A DNA stretch of 63,185 nt, the filler included, from Octopus bimaculoides (taxonomy: Eukaryota): NCBI RefSeq assembly GCF_001194135.2. It is 10 parts of 8 records of this genome, joined end to end, with 100 filler letters (N's around TTAATTAATTAA, not from the genome) between each part and the next. Parts side by side here need not be neighbours in the genome. Positions count along the whole stretch, not along the records: positions 57,954 to 63,185 come from NW_026368803.1; 9 more parts are not named here. One strand, written 5' to 3'. The notes under the pieces are model-generated. The model was not told the DNA's origin. It did no database searches and worked only from the letters and a program-made list of their open reading frames with translations. This document shows, in pieces, positions 62,278 through 63,185 of the stretch. Each line of letters begins with the position of its first letter. Positions within the stretch are counted from its first letter, which is position 1. Made by a program: the position numbers and the translations under genes.

Positions 62278-63185
62278 GGTAACACAAAAACATACAAACA
62301 AATAAAGACAAATAAAACAAATTTCACTTTAAGCAGGAAGTACTTTTTTTTTGTGGTGTTTCTTGAGAAAAAGCGCCGAGATAGGACACATTAACTCGTA
62401 GCAGACATATCAGTTTAATAAATAAATAGCTTAAACTTAGAACAATGCTGCAACTATCGCCCCTGCCCTACCACCACCAGTAACAAAGTCATAGTAACAT
62501 GTACTGCCAAGACAACCATCATTATTATTATTACCACGACCACCACCACAACCAGTAACAAGTTGTCATAGCTTACAGTAACGTGTACTCCAAGCAGGAC
62601 TACCATTGGTACCATCACCAACAATACCACCACCACCACTCTTACCATGACCATCACCACTGCCATTAACAAGGCTGTGATAAGTTACACTAACATTATC
62701 AACATAATCACCATAATCACAACCACCAATACCATCGCCACCACTGCTATCTTCACCATCAGCAACGAGATTGTGGTAGGTCACAGTAACATGTACTGCC
62801 AACGTACCCACCATTAACGCCACCACCACCATTCTCAGCACTACCCGACGTTTTCTGACTAATCAATCAGATTTTCCCACACAAATTTCAGAGCCACCTC
62901 ACACCTGACTAACAACAAACTGCTGAGACAGAAGTTTACAATCATAAAAAAAAAAAAGGAGTTATCTTTCACAATGACACGAACATAACCCGGCACAACA
63001 AGTCAATGAACCAACCAGGATAACCTCAAGTGTGCTTTGCCAGATTTACTGAAAATAGCTCGCTAAAGATCCAACCAAACAGCAGATTGCAGTGGGTTAC
63101 ACGTTACCACTATCAACCCATCCACAAATACATACATATATATATCTATATATATATATATATCTATATCTATATCTATATATCT

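Noticed and set aside
62450-62840. Thr-rich, mucin-like reading of the ACC-rich tract with a loose ~100-bp period
   Set aside because: It has in-frame stops and no splice signals; a degenerate minisatellite.

Overview
AT-rich, microsatellite- and SINE-saturated animal genomic DNA from a gappy draft scaffold. The SINE and LINE families look like those of Octopus; this is inferred from recall of the repeat families, not from a search. Nine 100-bp N spacers containing TTAATTAATTAA cut the window into ten blocks whose order and orientation may not be real adjacency. The only confidently identifiable host gene is two consecutive + strand exons (18278-18414, 18662-18749) of a USP16/USP45-type deubiquitinase; a few weaker orphan exons are also present. 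Mobile DNA includes a decayed Helitron carrying an OTU protease domain and a Rep domain but no helicase (44341-47179), a separate Helitron 5' end, CR1, RTE and Penelope-like retroelement fragments, mariner fragments, a fold-back MITE and several tRNA-derived SINE families. The most interesting signal is a tRNA-headed SINE whose 3' part contains a Penelope-type minimal hammerhead ribozyme. An intact-looking copy lies at 59853-59898, inside a head-to-head inverted pair, and a second hammerhead-like repeat family has a CUGUUGA core. There is also a 1.7-kb CpG-dense (ACGA/ACGT)-based satellite with higher-order structure. Nearly all ORFs in the supplied track are artefacts of N gaps or microsatellites.
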